64,000 nucleotides of DNA from Acidimicrobiales bacterium (GCA_035697145.1 DASSDL010000080.1:31562-95561); one strand, 5' to 3'. Positions 49,260 to 58,607 are shown, counted from the stretch's first letter. The notes: generated from the letters alone by a model not told the origin. Made by a program: numbers and translations.

Positions 49260-50522
49260 GTGTTGAGGTCGTGGGTGGAGGGGGCGGACGGCTCGGGGTT
49301 CCCCGCCGAGCACCTGCCCCTGGGAGTGTTCTCGACGGGCGGAGCCGAGCCTCGGGTGGGCATGCGGATCGGCGACCACGTGCTGGACCTCGCCCGCCTG
49401 GCGGCCGACGGGCTGGTCGGGATCGACGCCTCGGCCGGCGAGGCGTTCGCCGCCCCGACGCTCAATCCGTTCCTGGCGCTGGGGCGCGAGACATGGAGCG
49501 CCGTGCGGCGCCGCCTGACCGACGTGGTGTGCGACCCCGCGGCGCAGGCGCGGGTCGAACCGGCACTCGTGCCGCTCGCCGCCGCCACCCTGCACTTGCC
49601 GATCGGGGTGGCCGACTACGTCGACTTCTACAGCTCGATGGAGCACGCGACCAACCTGGGACGGCTGTTCCGCCCCGACGCCGAGCCCTTGCTCCCCAAT
49701 TGGCGTCACCTGCCGGTCGCCTACCACGGACGCGCCGGGACGGTCGTAGTGTCCGGCACCCCGGTGGTTCGTCCCACCGGACAGCGCCGATCGACTGACG
49801 GCTCGATCGTGTTCGGGCCCAGCACCCGTCTCGACATCGAGCTGGAGCTCGGGTTCGTGGTAGGCGTCCCTTCGCGGCGGGGACATCCGGTCCCCATCGG
49901 CCAGGCCGCCGACCACGTCTTCGGGGTCGTTCTGGTCAACGACTGGTCGGCCCGTGACATCCAGGTCTGGGAGGCACAGCCGTTGGGGCCGTTCCTCGGC
50001 AAGTCCTTCGCCACCACCATGTCCGCCTGGGTCACACCACTGGCGGCGCTCAGGGGCTGCCTTGTAGACGGTCCGGTGCAGGATCCGGAGCCGCTCGAGT
50101 ACCTGCGCCTGGCCGAGCCCTGGGGGCTGGACGTCGATCTGGAGGTCGGGCTGTCGCCAGCCGACGCCGCCACCACGACTGCCGCGCCGGCGACGATCAG
50201 CCGGGGCTCGGCTGCGGGCCTGTACTGGCGGCTGCCCCAGCAGATCGCCCACCTCACCGTCAACGGCGCCCACCTGCGCACCGGCGACCTGCTGGCCTCG
50301 GGCACCATCTCCGGGCCCGACCGCGGTAGCGAGGGCAGTCTCATCGAGCTGACACGCGGTGGCGTCGAGCCCCTGGACGTCGCCGGTGTCCGGCGGACGT
50401 TCCTGGAGGACGGCGATGAGGTCATCCTGCGGGGCCGCGCGCGGCCGGCGAACGGGGTCACGATCGAGCTGGGCGAGGCTGCGGGCCGGATCGTGCCGGC
50501 GAGCGCCTTCGAGGTGCTGTGA
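49260..50522 (+). CDS. fahA: fumarylacetoacetase
   Basis: SWVEGADGSGFPAEHLPLGVFS, RIGDHVLDL, DFYSSMEHATNLG, LPVAYHGRAGTVVVSG, VLVNDWSARDIQ. I chose the in-frame GTG at 49260. Confidence 0.95.
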   Translation: MLRSWVEGADGSGFPAEHLPLGVFSTGGAEPRVGMRIGDHVLDLARLAADGLVGIDASAGEAFAAPTLNPFLALGRETWSAVRRRLTDVVCDPAAQARVEPALVPLAAATLHLPIGVADYVDFYSSMEHATNLGRLFRPDAEPLLPNWRHLPVAYHGRAGTVVVSGTPVVRPTGQRRSTDGSIVFGPSTRLDIELELGFVVGVPSRRGHPVPIGQAADHVFGVVLVNDWSARDIQVWEAQPLGPFLGKSFATTMSAWVTPLAALRGCLVDGPVQDPEPLEYLRLAEPWGLDVDLEVGLSPADAATTTAAPATISRGSAAGLYWRLPQQIAHLTVNGAHLRTGDLLASGTISGPDRGSEGSLIELTRGGVEPLDVAGVRRTFLEDGDEVILRGRARPANGVTIELGEAAGRIVPASAFEVL

Positions 50523-50555
50523 TGGCTACGGGTCGGCGGGGCGTCGGGGTCGGCC

Positions 50556-51932
50556 GTGGGATCCGGCGCTGAGCTCGACGCGTTCCTGGCGGCGGCGCGG
50601 GCGGCCGTGGGCGAGACCGATGTGCTCACGGATCCGGACCTGACCGCGGGCTACTCCGTCGACTGGACCCGCCGCTGGCGTGGCTCGGCGTCGGCCGTGG
50701 TCCGTCCGGCGACCACCGGCCAGGTGGCGGCGCTGGTGGCGGCGGCCCGGCGCCACGGTGTGGCGCTGGTGCCGCAGGGCGGCAGCACCGGCCTGGTCGG
50801 CGGATCCGCGCCTCGCCCCGGTGCGGAGGTGGTGCTCAGCCTGCGACGGCTCGGGGACCTGGGCCCAGTGGATGTGCTCGCGGGGCAGGTGACGGTCGGG
50901 GCGGGTGTGACGTTGGCGGCGCTGCAGGCGCACGCCGCCGAGGCCGGGCTGGCATTCGGAATCGACACCGGAGCCCGGGAGTCGGCCACGGTGGGCGGGA
51001 TGATCGCCACCAACGCCGGTGGTGTCCACGTGGTGCGCCACGGGTCGATGCGGGCGCAGGTAGTCGGCGTCGAAGCCGTGCTGGGAACGGGCGAGGTCGT
51101 TTCGCGCCTGGGCGGCCTGGTCAAGGACAACACCGGCTACGACCTCGGGCAACTGCTCTGCGGCAGCGAGGGCACCCTCGGTGTCGTGACCGGGGCACGA
51201 CTGTGGCTCGTCGCCGACGAACCGCACGTGGTCGTCGCACTGCTCGGCCTGGCCGGGGTCGGTGAGGCCGTGTCCCTGGCGGCCGAGCTGCGCCGCGAGG
51301 TCGGCGAGGTGCGGGCGCTCGAGGTGATGGAGGGCGACAGCATGCGCGTGGTCGCGTCCCACCTCGGTGGGCGCCCGCCGGTGGCGCCCGACGCGGGGGC
51401 CTTCCTGCTGGTCGAGGCCGCCGGCCGCCTCGATCCGACCGCGGCACTGGCGGACGCGATGGCGCGCTACGCCGCCTCCGCACCGGCGGCCGTGGGCGTG
51501 GCGCGGGCGGACCGGGAACGTCTGTGGCGCTGGCGCGAGGCGCATCCCGAAGCCGCGGCGGCGCTGGGCTTGGTCCTCAAGTTCGACGTCTCGCTCCCGC
51601 CGGGCGCGATCGCCGAGTTCTGCACCAACGTGTCCGCGAGGGTGGCGTCGGGCTGGCCCGGCGCCACCACGTTGCTCTACGGCCACGTCGGCGACGGCAA
51701 CATCCACGTGAACGTCGTCGGTCCCGACCCCGACGACCACGCGGTCGACGACGCCGTCCTGGACCTGGTGGTCGACCTCGGGGGCTCGATCAGCGCCGAG
51801 CATGGCATCGGGGTGGCCAAGAAGGCCTGGCTGGCCCGCGACCGATCGCCGGCGGAGGTGGCCGCCATGCGGGCCATCAAGCACGCCCTCGATCCCGACG
51901 GGATCATGAACCCCGGCGTGCTGTTGCCGTGA
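50556..51932 (+). CDS. FAD-binding oxidoreductase (GlcD / D-lactate dehydrogenase-like)
   Basis: VVRPATTGQVAALVAAARRHGVALVPQGGSTGLVGGS, ATNAGG, and the C-terminal GSISAEHGIG...KHALDPDGIMNPG. Confidence 0.9.
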   Translation: MGSGAELDAFLAAARAAVGETDVLTDPDLTAGYSVDWTRRWRGSASAVVRPATTGQVAALVAAARRHGVALVPQGGSTGLVGGSAPRPGAEVVLSLRRLGDLGPVDVLAGQVTVGAGVTLAALQAHAAEAGLAFGIDTGARESATVGGMIATNAGGVHVVRHGSMRAQVVGVEAVLGTGEVVSRLGGLVKDNTGYDLGQLLCGSEGTLGVVTGARLWLVADEPHVVVALLGLAGVGEAVSLAAELRREVGEVRALEVMEGDSMRVVASHLGGRPPVAPDAGAFLLVEAAGRLDPTAALADAMARYAASAPAAVGVARADRERLWRWREAHPEAAAALGLVLKFDVSLPPGAIAEFCTNVSARVASGWPGATTLLYGHVGDGNIHVNVVGPDPDDHAVDDAVLDLVVDLGGSISAEHGIGVAKKAWLARDRSPAEVAAMRAIKHALDPDGIMNPGVLLP

Positions 51933-51956
51933 TGGGTCGCGCCCCGTCCGCTCGGC

Positions 51957-53153
51957 TTAGCGCACCTGGTCGAGTACGGGCTGGGCCTCGTCCTCACGGA
52001 GGATGAGCACCGACCCCGACTCGTTGCTGTCGAAGTCCACGGGCAGCTCCAACGTGTTCGAGTCGATGCCGCGGAGCGCCCAGCCCAGGCGGAAGGCGTC
52101 GAGCATCGACATGTCGTCGTCGATGCGGAGGCCGCCCGACAGCCCCGAGAACGCGCTCGCCAGCGCGAAGGGGTTCTTGGTGTCGCTCAGCTTCGAGAAC
52201 ACCGCCCGGAGGAACGCCTGTTGGCGCTCTATCCGGCCGAGGTCGCCCGTGGCATCAACCTTCTGCTCGCCGTTGATGACCTCGGTGTACGTGCGCGAGC
52301 GCACGTAGGAAAGCGCCTGGTCGCCGTCGAGCTCGACCGGGCCGGACTGGGTGACGTTGAGCCCCGACTTGGGGTCGAAGGCCGGGTTCTCGAAGTTGAT
52401 GGTGACCCCGCCGAGCCCGTCGACCAGGCCGGCAAAGCTGACGAAGTCGACCTCCATGTAGCGGTGCACAGGCACGCCCAAGCTGCCGGTGACGGTCTTG
52501 ATGAGGCGCTCCGGCCCACCGTTGTACGCCGAGTTGAGCTTGGCACTGTCGCCGCCGGTGTCGGCGATCTCGACGTACAGGTCGCGCGGGAGGGACAGCA
52601 TCTGCGCCTTCCCACCTTCCAGGTGGAGGATCATCATCGTGTCCGACCGTTGGCCTCCCGGCCCGTTCGGATCGAAGCCGGGGTCGCCCTCCTGCAGGTT
52701 GTCGCGGGAGTCGGAGCCGACGATGAGGTAGTTGGTGCCGCTGCCGCCGTCGGACAGAACCTCGCTCACGTCGACCCGATCGATGCGGTTCCAGACGCTG
52801 CGGGCCCAGAGGTAGCCGCCGAGCATCGCCAGCAACAGCACGACCGCCGTGATGGCAAGCACCCGCCGCCAGCGCAACCGCCGCCACCATGGCCTCGACG
52901 GCCGAGGACGCGTGGGCGCCTCGTCGGGGGGCTGGCCGGGCGGGCCCACGGGTGCCGGCCGCTCCGGCCGTGGCATCGTGCGAGTGCGAGCGCCGTTGGG
53001 CGGGCGCGGGGGCCGGGGTGGTCGCGCCGGGCGCGGAGGCGCGCTCGGGCGGTCGGTGCCGGGGCCGCTCGGCGATGCCGGTGGGGCGGGCACGAACACC
53101 CGCCGGGGATCGCTCGGCGACGGCCGCTCAGGCTGGTGGAAGCGATCGGTCAC
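51957..53153 (-). CDS. LCP (LytR-CpsA-Psr) family cell-envelope phosphotransferase
   Basis: Pro-rich cytoplasmic tail, one TM helix, then NYLIVGSDSRD, RSDTMMILHL, SLPRDLYV, NSAY. Confidence 0.9.
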   Translation of the reverse strand: MTDRFHQPERPSPSDPRRVFVPAPPASPSGPGTDRPSAPPRPARPPRPPRPPNGARTRTMPRPERPAPVGPPGQPPDEAPTRPRPSRPWWRRLRWRRVLAITAVVLLLAMLGGYLWARSVWNRIDRVDVSEVLSDGGSGTNYLIVGSDSRDNLQEGDPGFDPNGPGGQRSDTMMILHLEGGKAQMLSLPRDLYVEIADTGGDSAKLNSAYNGGPERLIKTVTGSLGVPVHRYMEVDFVSFAGLVDGLGGVTINFENPAFDPKSGLNVTQSGPVELDGDQALSYVRSRTYTEVINGEQKVDATGDLGRIERQQAFLRAVFSKLSDTKNPFALASAFSGLSGGLRIDDDMSMLDAFRLGWALRGIDSNTLELPVDFDSNESGSVLILREDEAQPVLDQVR

Positions 53154-53230
53154 GAGGCCTCACAGCCTACTTAGAGGTTGGCTCCGGCCGTTGTCATACC
53201 CCTCGGGCGCCAGCCCGGTGCTTTCCAACC

Positions 53231-54532
53231 TTATTTCTCGGTGACGCCGGCCTGGTCGAAGGTGGCCATCTCCGCCAGCACCCGCGCGGCCGCCTCCACC
53301 AACGGCAGCGCCAGGACCGCCCCGGTGCCCTCGCCCAAGCGGAGCTCGAGATCGATCATCGGGCGCAGGCCCAGTTCGCCCAACACCGCCGAGGCACCGG
53401 GCTCGCTCGAGCGGTGGCCGGCGATGACGCCCTGCTCCACGCCGGGGAGCAGCCGGCTGGCGACCAGGAGGGCCGACGCCGAGATCACGCCGTCGACCAC
53501 GACGGGCACCTGGAGGGCGGTGGCGCCGGCCACGAACCCCGCCAGCGCTGCGTGTTCGAGCCCGCCGACCTCCGCCAGGATCGCCAGGGCATCGTCCCCG
53601 TGCCGGTGCCGCGCCCGGTCGGCGGCGTCCGCCACCAGCTCCGTCTTGTGGCGGAGCCGGTCGTCGTCGATGCCGGTCCCCCGGCCGGTCACCCCCGACG
53701 CCGGCCGGTCGATCAGGGCGGCGATCAGCGCCGAGGCGGGCGTGGTGTTGGCGATGCCCATGTCGCCGGTGACGAGGCAGCGCGCCCCCGCGTTGACCAG
53801 ACGGGCGGCGACCGCGGCGCCGATGTCGAGCGCCCGCTTGGCGTCGTCGATCGTCATGGCCGGTCCGAGGGCGAGGTCCGCGGTGCCGGCGCGCACCTTG
53901 CGGACCAGGAGGTCGGGCACCTCGGGTAGCTCCGCGGCGACGCCGACGTCCACCACGACCACGTCCGCCCCGGCCTGGCGGGCCAGGACGTTGATGGCGG
54001 CGCCGCCGGCGAGGAAGTTGCCCACCATCTGCGCGGTGACCTCCTGCGGCCACGGCGAGACGCCCTGGGCGTGCACGCCGTGGTCGCCGGCGAACACCGC
54101 GACCGCCGCGGGCCGTGGCAGCGGCGGGGGGAACATGGTTGAGATGCCGGCGAGCTGCGCACCGACGGCTTCCAACCGGCCGAGCGATCCGGGTGGCTTG
54201 GTGAGCCGGAGTTGGTGCTGCTCCGCCCGGCGTTGCGCCCCGACGTCCAGTGGCGCCTGCAGCAAGCACGCGGCCCGGAACGCGCCGACCCGCCCCGCCA
54301 GCCCGTCGAACACGGCGAGGGGCAGGGCGCGGCTGTCGTCGGTGACCACCAGCGTCCGCTCCTCGTCCCCGGCGGGCGCGGGAGCGGGCCGTACCGAGAT
54401 GCCACTGCGGGCCAGCGCCGCCACCAGTCGTCGGGCGCCGGGCCGATCGCCCGGGACCGCGGGGCCGAGCACGACGGCGTCGATGGGGCGCACTGGTCCC
54501 GCGCCGCCCGTCCTGTGGGGGTTGGTCGCCAC
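53231..54532 (-). CDS. cobT: nicotinate-nucleotide--dimethylbenzimidazole phosphoribosyltransferase, possibly with an N-terminal extension of about 75 aa
   Basis: LTKPPGSLGRLE, FAGDHGV, GDMGIANTT, LRLGEGTGA. An alternative in-frame GTG at 54313 would give a canonical length of about 360 aa. Confidence 0.9.
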   Translation of the reverse strand: MATNPHRTGGAGPVRPIDAVVLGPAVPGDRPGARRLVAALARSGISVRPAPAPAGDEERTLVVTDDSRALPLAVFDGLAGRVGAFRAACLLQAPLDVGAQRRAEQHQLRLTKPPGSLGRLEAVGAQLAGISTMFPPPLPRPAAVAVFAGDHGVHAQGVSPWPQEVTAQMVGNFLAGGAAINVLARQAGADVVVVDVGVAAELPEVPDLLVRKVRAGTADLALGPAMTIDDAKRALDIGAAVAARLVNAGARCLVTGDMGIANTTPASALIAALIDRPASGVTGRGTGIDDDRLRHKTELVADAADRARHRHGDDALAILAEVGGLEHAALAGFVAGATALQVPVVVDGVISASALLVASRLLPGVEQGVIAGHRSSEPGASAVLGELGLRPMIDLELRLGEGTGAVLALPLVEAAARVLAEMATFDQAGVTEK

Positions 54533-54628
54533 AACCGGTCATGATCGCCGACCCTCCCGGGCCCGAGCCAACGCCGCATCCCGCCGCTCGACCTCGACCT
54601 CTCCATGACGGAACCTGTGACCTCGACC

Positions 54629-55339
54629 TCACCACCGGGCCGCCGCCACCAGCAGGCCCACGGTCTCGGCGACCAGACCGGCGGCACCCAACACGTCCCC
54701 CGTGTAGCCGCCCAGCCGCCGCCACGCGAGCGTCATCACCGCGCCGAACCCGGCCAGGCTGCTGGCGGCCACCAGCACCCCCGGTCCCCACCCGCCATCG
54801 AACGCCCAGGCCACCAGGGCGCAACCCAGCGCCAGCGCAGCCAGCGCCGGCGTGGTGGGCCCGGCCCGGAACCCGGATGCGGCGCCTCCGCCCACGCGGG
54901 CGTACGGCAGCGACGCCAGCGCCACTGCCATGGAGGCCCGGGAGGCGGTCCACAGGCCGGCCACCAGCAGCGGGTCGGGCGCGAGCGCCGCCAGCGCCGC
55001 CACCCGGGCGAGCACGACCAGCGTCACCACCATCCCGCCGAAGGCACCGACGCCGGGGGTGGCCATCACCTCCAATCGGCGCCCGCGCTCAAGTGGCGGG
55101 AGCAAGCCGTCGGCGCTGTCGGCCAGCCCGTCGAAGTGCAGCATTCCGGTGAGGGCGGCGTCGACGGTCACCGTCAGGAGGGCCGCGACCAGCGGCGGCC
55201 ACAGCTCGCCGGCCACCCACCACACTCCGCCGACCGCCAGTCCGAGCGCGGCGCCGACGGGACCGAACCACGCCGGGGCGCGGCGGTTGGGAGGGGCAGC
55301 GCCGCCGACGACGGTGAGGAACCCGAGCGCGCTCCGCAT
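54629..55339 (-). CDS. cobS: adenosylcobinamide-GDP ribazoletransferase (cobalamin synthase)
   Basis: In-frame ATG at 55339 (MRSALGFLTV...), LHFDGLADSADG, GGYTGDVLGA. Confidence 0.9.
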   Translation of the reverse strand: MRSALGFLTVVGGAAPPNRRAPAWFGPVGAALGLAVGGVWWVAGELWPPLVAALLTVTVDAALTGMLHFDGLADSADGLLPPLERGRRLEVMATPGVGAFGGMVVTLVVLARVAALAALAPDPLLVAGLWTASRASMAVALASLPYARVGGGAASGFRAGPTTPALAALALGCALVAWAFDGGWGPGVLVAASSLAGFGAVMTLAWRRLGGYTGDVLGAAGLVAETVGLLVAAARW

Positions 55340-55857
55340 CAGTCCGGGGAGGCGAGCCGGTCCTGCCGCCCGGCCCGGCCCAGGGGCAGGACCCGTCCGG
55401 CCACCACCAGCCACACCTCGTCGGCCATGTCGGCCACGGCCCGATTGAGCTCGCCCAGTGCGTCGGCGAAGCGGCGCCCTGCCTCGGTCGGGGCGTGGAC
55501 CCCGAGCCCCACCTCCTCCGACACGACGATCGTGTCGGCTGCCCGTGTGGCGAGCGCCCGGGACAGGCCTGCAACGTCGGGCGCCAGGTCGGCGTGCGCC
55601 GCCACCCAGGAGCCCAGGGAGTCGACGACGGCGGTGCCATCGACCGTCGTCAACACCCCGGGCAGGTCGGTGGTCGCCTCGAGGGTCACCCAGCCCGTCG
55701 GTCGGCGGGCGCGATGGGCGGCGATGCGGGTCGCCATGTCGGCGTCGGACGGGGTGCCGGTCGCGACGTAGGTCACCCGGTCGGCTGTGCCCGCGGCCAG
55801 CGACTCGGCCACCTCGGACTTACCCGAGCGCGTCCCTCCCAGGACCAGCGTGATCAT
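55339..55857 (-). CDS. cobU: bifunctional adenosylcobinamide kinase / adenosylcobinamide-phosphate guanylyltransferase
   Basis: In-frame ATG at 55857. MITLVLGGTRSGKSEVAE (P-loop), YVATG, VVSEEVGLGVHAPT. Confidence 0.9.
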   Translation of the reverse strand: MITLVLGGTRSGKSEVAESLAAGTADRVTYVATGTPSDADMATRIAAHRARRPTGWVTLEATTDLPGVLTTVDGTAVVDSLGSWVAAHADLAPDVAGLSRALATRAADTIVVSEEVGLGVHAPTEAGRRFADALGELNRAVADMADEVWLVVAGRVLPLGRAGRQDRLASPD

Positions 55858-55885
55858 CCCGCGTCTGCCTCCGCAGCCAATCCAC

Positions 55886-56242
55886 TCAACGTTCGTCGTC
55901 CCGGTCCCACGGACCGTCGAGCACCGTGAACCCGGCGGGGTTGCCGACGTACGCGTAGGTGAGGGCCCGGACGCCGTCCAGGGTGGTGACGTCGGTCCGG
56001 CGGTAGTGCGGCCCCTCGACGACGTCGAGGTGTTCGAGGACGGTCGGCGCCCGTTGCGAAAGGCCGAGGAGCCATCCCTGGACCTGGCGGTCGCCGTCCA
56101 TGACGAGGGCGGGATAGCCACAGCCGGTGTCGTAGAGGGTGCCGGCGACCGTGCTCGGACGTTGCCGCACCACGTCGTCGGCGATGAGCGGCCAGCGCAA
56201 GCGTCCGGGCATCAGCGTTCCGTAGACGAACAGCCAGCGCAT
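55886..56242 (-). CDS. gamma-glutamylcyclotransferase (AIG2/GGACT-like) family protein
   Basis: In-frame ATG at 56242. MRWLFVYGTLMPG...GTLYDTGCGYPALV...VQGWL. Confidence 0.8.
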   Translation of the reverse strand: MRWLFVYGTLMPGRLRWPLIADDVVRQRPSTVAGTLYDTGCGYPALVMDGDRQVQGWLLGLSQRAPTVLEHLDVVEGPHYRRTDVTTLDGVRALTYAYVGNPAGFTVLDGPWDRDDER

Positions 56243-56253
56243 CGAACCGGAGC

Positions 56254-57861
56254 ATGACAGGTATGGCATGGCAGACTCGACAAGCTATGCCGCTCGACGT
56301 CCCGACCGTGTCCTACGCCCTGCCGGTCGGCGTCGATCCTCCCGGCCTGCTGACCTATTTGGACAAGCGCTTCCCGGTGATCGCCGAACCGGGGGCCAGC
56401 CGCTCGTACACCGTGCTCGACACCGCCGACCGCCGCCTTCGGGCCGCCGGTGTCGATCTCGACCTCGAGTCGGGCCGTGGCGGGCCACGCTTGGTGCTTC
56501 GGGAACCGGGCGGTCGGGCGCCTCTCGTTGCCGAGGTGCGACGCCCCCGCCGAAATCGCTACCTGCTGCGTGACCTGCCCGCCGGCCCGCTGCGCGAGCG
56601 GCTGGCACCGATCGTCGAGATGCGCGCGCTGTTGCTATTGGCGAACGTCCAGGTCCGGGCCCAACTGGTGCGTGTGCTCAATGCCGACGACAAGACCGTG
56701 GTCCGCGTCTCGCTGGCCAGCCCGGTGGCGATGATGGGCAGCGGCGAGCCGGGGACTGTGCCGCTCACACCCCGCGTGGATGTCAGCGGGGTGCTCGGCT
56801 ACCCCAAGCCGCTGGACCGGGTCACGGCGGCGGTGCGGCGGGGCCCGAAGGGGGGTCTGGCCGACGCCCCGATCAGCCTGGCCGACGAGGCCATCGCCGC
56901 GGTGGGCGGCGACCCCGAGGGGATCCGTTCCAAGGTTCGAGTCGACATGCGCCCCGATCAGCGCACCGACCGGGCGGCGGTGGCGGTGCTGTGCGACCTG
57001 GCGAGGATGGTCGGGGCCAACCTGCCGGGAACGCTCGCCGACCTCGACACCGAGTTCCTCCACGACCTGCGCGTGGCGGTGCGGCGTAGCCGCTCGGTGC
57101 TGCGCGAGCTCAAGGGTGCCTTCCCGCCCGAACCGCTGGCCGCCCAGCGCGACGCGCTCCGCTGGATACAGGCGGTCACGGGCCCCACCCGTGACCTCGA
57201 CGTCCAGCTCTTGGACTGGGACCACCTGGTGTCGGGCATCCCGGTCGAGCGGCACGCGGCGCTGGTGCCCGTCCGAGCGATGCTGGTCAGGCATCGGGCG
57301 GCCGCCTTCCGGGCGCTGCGCCGTGAGCTGCGGGGACCCGCCTACCGGCAGGCCTGGGACGGCTACCGGGCGTTCCTGGCGGGCGACCTGGGCCCGGCTC
57401 GCGACCGTCCGGACGCCAAGCAACCGATCGTCGAGGTGGCCGGCCGCCGCATCCGCAAGGTCTACCAGCGAATGCTGGCCATGGGCGCCGCCATCGACGC
57501 CACGAGCCCAGCAGCGCACCTCCACGAGCTGCGCAAGCGCGGCAAGGAGCTGCGCTACCTGCTGGAGCTGTTCGGAGGGCTGTGGCCGCGTAGCGTCGTC
57601 AAGCCCATGGTGCGGTCGCTGAAGGAGCTGCAGGACGTGCTCGGCATCCACCAGGACCGGGAGGTCCAGGCCTCCTATCTGCGGGGGCTGGCGGGCGAGC
57701 TGGCGAGCAGTACCGGTGGGCCGGCGGCCCTGCTGGCCCTGGGTGTCCTGGTGGATCGGCTCGACGCCGAGCAACACGATGCCCGCGAGGCCTTCGCCGA
57801 ACGCTTCGCCGCCTTCGCGGCCGCCGACCAGCAAGCGTTGGTCGCCAAGGTGTTTTCGTGA
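56254..57861 (+). CDS. CYTH and CHAD domain-containing protein
   Basis: N-terminal triphosphate-tunnel-like strands. C-terminal CHAD (FLHDLRVAVRRSRSVLRELKGAF...GPTRDLDVQLLDW...LHELRKRGKELRYLLELF...LGIHQD). Confidence 0.85.
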   Translation: MTGMAWQTRQAMPLDVPTVSYALPVGVDPPGLLTYLDKRFPVIAEPGASRSYTVLDTADRRLRAAGVDLDLESGRGGPRLVLREPGGRAPLVAEVRRPRRNRYLLRDLPAGPLRERLAPIVEMRALLLLANVQVRAQLVRVLNADDKTVVRVSLASPVAMMGSGEPGTVPLTPRVDVSGVLGYPKPLDRVTAAVRRGPKGGLADAPISLADEAIAAVGGDPEGIRSKVRVDMRPDQRTDRAAVAVLCDLARMVGANLPGTLADLDTEFLHDLRVAVRRSRSVLRELKGAFPPEPLAAQRDALRWIQAVTGPTRDLDVQLLDWDHLVSGIPVERHAALVPVRAMLVRHRAAAFRALRRELRGPAYRQAWDGYRAFLAGDLGPARDRPDAKQPIVEVAGRRIRKVYQRMLAMGAAIDATSPAAHLHELRKRGKELRYLLELFGGLWPRSVVKPMVRSLKELQDVLGIHQDREVQASYLRGLAGELASSTGGPAALLALGVLVDRLDAEQHDAREAFAERFAAFAAADQQALVAKVFS

Positions 57862-58607
57862 AGGTCGTCGCCACCTACAACATCAAGGGGGGTGTGGGAA
57901 AGACATCGGCCGCCGTCAACCTCGCGGCACTGGCCGCCCAGGACGGGCTGCGCACGTTGCTGTGGGACCTCGACCCGCAGGGGGCGGCGTCGTTCCTCTT
58001 CCGGGTGAGACCGAAGGTCAAGGGCGGCGGCGGCAGGCTCGTCCGCGGCCGTAGCGACGTGGTCGACCTGCTGCGGGGCACCGACGTCGAGGGCCTCGAC
58101 CTGCTCCCTGCCGACTTCTCGTACCGCCACATGGACCTGGCCCTCGATGCCACCGGCAAGCCGACCCGACGGCTCCGGAAGGTCATTGCCCCGCTGGCCG
58201 ACCACTACGACCTGGCGATGCTGGATTGTCCGCCGTCGATCTCCCTGGTGTCCGAGAGCGTGTTCGACGCCGCCGACACCCTGCTCGTGCCCCTCATCCC
58301 CTCCACGCTCACGGTGCGCACCTTCGCCCAGCTGGCTGATTTCGTGGCCGGCGAGGTCGACCGGCGGCCCCAGATCGTCGCCTTCTTCTCGATGGTCGAC
58401 GGCCGCAAGCGCCTGCACCGGGACGTCGTTGCCACGCTGCCCGCCACCAACCCCGACGAGGTGGTCCAGAGCTCCATCCCCGCCGCGACCGAGGTCGAGC
58501 TCATGGGTGTGGAGCGCGCGCCGGTGGTGCTCAGCGCCCCCCACAGCCGGGCCGCCCGCGCCTACCGGTCGCTCTGGGACGAGGTGCGACCCCGCCTCGG
58601 CATATGA
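57858..58607 (+). CDS. ParA/MinD-family P-loop ATPase
   Basis: Deviant Walker A MKVVATYNIKGGVGKTSAAVNLA, then LLWDLDPQG and AMLDCPPS. GTGA overlap with the CHAD gene stop. Confidence 0.9.
   Translation: MKVVATYNIKGGVGKTSAAVNLAALAAQDGLRTLLWDLDPQGAASFLFRVRPKVKGGGGRLVRGRSDVVDLLRGTDVEGLDLLPADFSYRHMDLALDATGKPTRRLRKVIAPLADHYDLAMLDCPPSISLVSESVFDAADTLLVPLIPSTLTVRTFAQLADFVAGEVDRRPQIVAFFSMVDGRKRLHRDVVATLPATNPDEVVQSSIPAATEVELMGVERAPVVLSAPHSRAARAYRSLWDEVRPRLGI

Noticed and set aside
53160-55771. 597-aa minus-strand and 388/476-aa plus-strand ORFs over the cobT-cobS-cobU genes
   Set aside because: They are alternative or antisense frames of genes with diagnostic Cob motifs, and they are extremely Arg/Gly/Pro-rich.
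55858-56253. Cobalamin riboswitch upstream of the cobU-cobS-cobT genes
   Set aside because: The upstream space is occupied by the GGCT-like gene and only short spacers remain. I could not recognise a B12-box by eye. A covariance-model scan (Rfam RF00174) would be needed to exclude one.
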